Assembly: GCA_000004985.1 (NCBI GenBank)
Contig: GG739596.1
Direction: 5' to 3' (one strand)
DNA from: Naegleria gruberi
Taxonomy: Eukaryota
Length of the DNA: 1,047 bases
Shown here: positions 1 to 1,047 of the stretch, piece by piece
How positions within the stretch are numbered: position 1 is the stretch's first letter
Layout of the letters: every line of letters starts with the position of its first letter
Program-made: the position numbers and the translations under genes
Notes under the pieces: model-generated
Seen by the model: the letters and a program-made list of their open reading frames with translations, nothing else
Told to the model about the DNA's origin: nothing
Databases searched by the model: none

Positions 1-327
1 TTCAGGAACCATATGAATCGGTAAATGTAAAGTTAATAGAGCATAGTATAATGCTTTTTGAAGTAAATTTTCATCAATCTCTTTTTTATCATCTTCATCA
101 ATATCTTCATCAATCAAATCACTAACAATTAATTCTTCACTATTAACTTTAGACTCTCCATCAAGACAATCTTCACTAATAACATGATGAACAACATGAC
201 CTTCCGATTCTTTAACAAGTTTTGTTTTATGTTGATCAGTTGCGTGTTTAAATGCAGGGTGAAGTATGAGAGAAAATTTTTGAGCTTTTACTCCTAATTT
301 CTTGATCATTTTTTTGAGGGGTGACAT
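1..327 (-). CDS. 5'-complete, 3'-truncated CDS for a hypothetical protein, 109 codons visible. It has a Lys-rich basic N-terminus, 8 His in 109 aa and an acidic D/E tract (SDLIDEDIDEDDKKEIDEN, plus-strand coordinates 67..123). It continues beyond the left edge.
   Basis: Manual reverse-complement translation from ATG 327..325 gives MSPLKKMIKKLGVKAQKFSLILHPAFKHATDQHKTKLVKESEGHVVHHVISEDCLDGESKVNSEELIVSDLIDEDIDEDDKKEIDENLLQKALYYALLTLHLPIHMVPE. There are no stops of any kind to position 1. An in-frame TAG (330..328) lies immediately upstream, so the start is ATG 327 or the second ATG at 309..307, which has the A-rich context caaaaaaATGa. Coding-like composition with mixed residues. The ORF track omits it only because it has no in-window stop. 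Confidence 0.6.
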   Translation of the reverse strand, partial: MSPLKKMIKKLGVKAQKFSLILHPAFKHATDQHKTKLVKESEGHVVHHVISEDCLDGESKVNSEELIVSDLIDEDIDEDDKKEIDENLLQKALYYALLTLHLPIHMVPE

Positions 328-329
328 CT

Positions 330-491
330 ATGTTCATCTGTGCAGACATGAGAGACAAGAAGTATCACAAGCTCTACAACCCCGCTGGTGTTGCCAACTC
401 CTATATATGTTGTCACCAAATCGTATTTGTAATTAATGATAAAAATGAAAATCAATGTGCGATGGACTATCGACACCAATATATTATCTGA
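330..491 (+). CDS. Speculative small ORF of 53 aa, Cys-rich with 5 Cys, lying inside the promoter region and the GC island.
   Basis: ATG 330..332 runs to TGA 489..491, giving MFICADMRDKKYHKLYNPAGVANSYICCHQIVFVINDKNENQCAMDYRHQYII. It is below the length cutoff of the ORF track and lies antisense to the 65-aa track ORF. Local GC is about 45-50% over 340..400. Its ATG is 2 nt from the divergent ATG 327 of the minus gene, so both can hardly be independent genes. Confidence 0.12.
   Translation: MFICADMRDKKYHKLYNPAGVANSYICCHQIVFVINDKNENQCAMDYRHQYII
402..408 (-). promoter_or_regulatory. TATA-like element (TATATAT), candidate core promoter for the minus-strand gene.
   Basis: TATATAT at 402..408 sits about 75 bp upstream of ATG 327 and about 93 bp upstream of ATG 309 on the minus strand, just downstream of a GC-richer island. 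The element is near-palindromic, so the orientation is ambiguous. Confidence 0.25.
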
Positions 492-558
492 ATATATGAT
501 CAATATTACTACGCAAATTGTTGGTTAGTTAGCATCATCATCCTTTGACAATTCGAAA

Positions 559-566
559 TATATAAA
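559..566 (+). promoter_or_regulatory. Canonical TATA box (TATATAAA), oriented toward the plus-strand gene.
   Basis: Exact match to the eukaryotic TATAWAWR consensus (tatataaa), 237 bp upstream of ATG 803. No competing ORF downstream of it. Its function is inferred from the sequence match only. Confidence 0.3.
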
Positions 567-660
567 TTTTCATTTTGGAAGTTTACATGAAGATGTTTAT
601 GAATTAAATCCATCAAGTACTTTATTCCGAAGTATATCCTGATTATTAGCTCAATATCTG

Positions 661-760
661 ATAAGATTAAAAAGATAATACATTTCAAAGATTTTATTTA
701 TTTGTGTTATTATTTTTAATAATTGTATTTTGTAGTTTTTAATAAAATAATTTCAGTTCC
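661..760. promoter_or_regulatory. Extreme AT trough (12-20% GC by hand count) with short direct repeats, probably a nucleosome-depleted or poly(dA:dT)-type promoter tract upstream of the plus gene.
   Basis: Hand GC counts per 60 nt are 7/60 for 661-720 and 12/60 for 721-780. TTTTTAATAA occurs twice (713..722 and 736..745), TTGTA occurs in tandem (723..727 and 730..734), and the tract contains T and A runs. Confidence 0.3.
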
Positions 761-761
761 A

Positions 762-806
762 ATGGTTACAAGATTTCTTTTCAAAACTAGAACAAAAAAG
801 AAATGA
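762..806 (+). other. Short upstream ORF of 14 codons (MVTRFLFKTRTKKK) whose TGA stop overlaps the main ATG as ATGA.
   Basis: ATG 762..764 runs to TGA 804..806, while the main-gene ATG is 803..805 (aaATGa). It is relevant only if the transcript 5' end lies upstream of 762. Confidence 0.2.
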
Positions 807-1047
807 CAAATGTCAACTTGGCAGACCTTCGGAAGTATTTGTTTTGTGGTGTTCTTCCTGATATTCATCATGAAATAGACGTGCACTTAGGCAAATATGT
901 TGCCATTCCAACCTCAGTGCAGGCTCTGTTATTGGATCTTTGCTTGAAATGTTCACTTGATGAAGTGTATGTCGTAGTTATGGAAAAACATCTTCTTTAC
1001 TTCTACTCATACCTAGTACACAACTGTTTGAAGGTGTATCCAGTATT
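803..1047 (+). CDS. 5'-complete, 3'-truncated CDS for a hypothetical protein, 81 codons visible, continuing beyond the right edge.
   Basis: ATG 803..805 in the context aaaaagaaATGa (A at -3). The in-frame stop TAG at 788..790 is upstream with no other ATG between. Translation: MTNVNLADLRKYLFCGVLPDIHHEIDVHLGKYVAIPTSVQALLLDLCLKCSLDEVYVVVMEKHLLYFYSYLVHNCLKVYPV. The frame is open to the window end with no TGA, TAA or TAG. GC rises to 33-43% over the ORF compared with 12-20% immediately upstream. Confidence 0.6.
   Translation, partial: MTNVNLADLRKYLFCGVLPDIHHEIDVHLGKYVAIPTSVQALLLDLCLKCSLDEVYVVVMEKHLLYFYSYLVHNCLKVYPV

Larger units (their letters stand above)
328..802. promoter_or_regulatory. Divergent intergenic and promoter region shared by the two outward-facing genes.
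   Basis: It lies between the divergent start codons at 327 (minus) and 803 (plus). There is no long standard-code ORF apart from the low-complexity 65-aa track ORF. It is AT-rich with homopolymer runs, TATA elements and an AT trough. Confidence 0.5.

Noticed and set aside
274-282. Exact AAAAATTTT on the minus strand, identical to the yeast RRPE ribosome-biogenesis promoter element.
   Set aside because: It lies inside the minus-strand CDS, 27-53 nt downstream of the candidate start codons, so it cannot be acting as an upstream promoter element here. It is expected by chance in AT-rich sequence.
335-350. A near-palindrome catctgtgcagacatg around a central TGCA at the GC island boundary.
   Set aside because: The arms are not true reverse complements: only the 4-bp core TGCA is self-complementary. 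This is too weak to call an operator or hairpin.
360-400. A tRNA-like fragment on the minus strand within the GC island (GTTGTAGAGC resembling the D-arm motif GTTGGTAGAGC).
   Set aside because: There is no matching GCTC 5' half of a D-stem, no GTTCRANYC T-loop and no acceptor or anticodon stem pairing nearby. It is a short chance resemblance only.
306-503. The only ORF in the supplied track: 65 aa on the minus strand, starting with TTG read as Met.
   Set aside because: It has a non-ATG start. Its peptide is dominated by an I/F/Y/N low-complexity stretch (IFIFIINYKYD) derived from an A/T run. It overlaps the N-terminus of the much better supported minus-strand gene in another frame and lies in the promoter spacer. 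It is most likely a chance ORF.
213-706. Near matches (10 of 11) to the yeast ARS consensus WTTTAYRTTTW, for example TTTTATGTTGA at 219..229 and T-rich runs at 690..706.
   Set aside because: There is no exact 11/11 match. Near matches are expected at this frequency in about 70-85% AT sequence, and one lies inside a CDS.
252-717. Frame 0 (codons at 252, 255, ...) is free of TAA and TAG for 155 codons but contains seven TGA codons (267, 303, 315, 489, 546, 588, 600). This prompted a TGA-reassignment hypothesis (Mycoplasma-type or other alternative code).
   Set aside because: Seven TGA in 155 codons would mean about 4.5% Trp, which is implausible. The frame crosses the well-supported minus-strand CDS in antisense. 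A start at ATG 330 would leave no promoter space. Neither flanking ORF has any TGA. I think it is a chance stop-free run. The decisive check is a composition-matched shuffle test, plus asking whether the source genome is a known TGA-recoding organism.
967-1016. GTATGT at 967..972 inside the plus CDS (yeast-type 5' splice-site consensus) with a downstream CTAG at 1013..1016. This suggested a possible 50-nt intron.
   Set aside because: There is no TACTAAC or CTAAC branch-point match before the AG (the nearest is tactcat, with mismatches at two of seven positions). The reading frame is open through the segment, and both spliced and unspliced readings stay open, so nothing requires an intron. I treated it as coding.
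1-1047. A search for CRISPR repeats, IS or transposon terminal inverted repeats, integrase or att-like sites, and defence-system genes.
   Set aside because: There are no repeat-spacer periodicity, no long inverted or direct repeats and no recognisable enzyme motifs in either partial protein. Nothing in the window supports a mobile element or an immune system.

Overview
This 1047-bp window is AT-rich, about 31% GC by hand count. I read it as two divergently transcribed protein-coding genes that both run off the window edges, separated by a ~475-bp spacer that is mostly AT-rich.

The ORF track lists only one complete ORF, the 65-aa minus-strand ORF at 306..503, which I consider spurious. The two edge-truncated ORFs that the track cannot show are the real content:
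- **Minus-strand gene:** starts at ATG 327..325 (alternative ATG 309..307), is open to position 1 for 109 codons and continues leftwards.
- **Plus-strand gene:** starts at ATG 803..805, is open to position 1047 for 81 codons and continues rightwards.
- **Stop codons:** neither ORF contains any stop, including TGA.

Both start codons sit in A-rich contexts (aaaaagaaATGa and caaaaaaATGa) with no Shine-Dalgarno-like GGAGG. The spacer carries a canonical TATATAAA, a second TATATAT, a 42-45% GC island next to the minus-gene start and a very AT-rich trough (12-20% GC) just upstream of the plus-gene start. Together this looks like a eukaryotic divergent promoter (yeast-like or nematode-like) rather than a bacterial accessory locus, although the ORF track seems to have used bacterial start rules (TTG called as Met).

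I see no CRISPR array, mobile-element terminal repeat, RNA gene or recognisable defence-system gene. I cannot assign either protein to a family from the sequence alone, and I do not think this window contains a new system.

The things worth a second look are all modest. A 53-aa Cys-rich plus-strand ORF at 330..491 lies antisense to the track ORF inside the GC island. The minus-gene start codon is ambiguous. A 14-codon upstream ORF overlaps the plus-gene ATG through an ATGA overlap and follows a TTTCAG acceptor-like site. Frame 252..717 is free of TAA/TAG but contains seven TGA codons.
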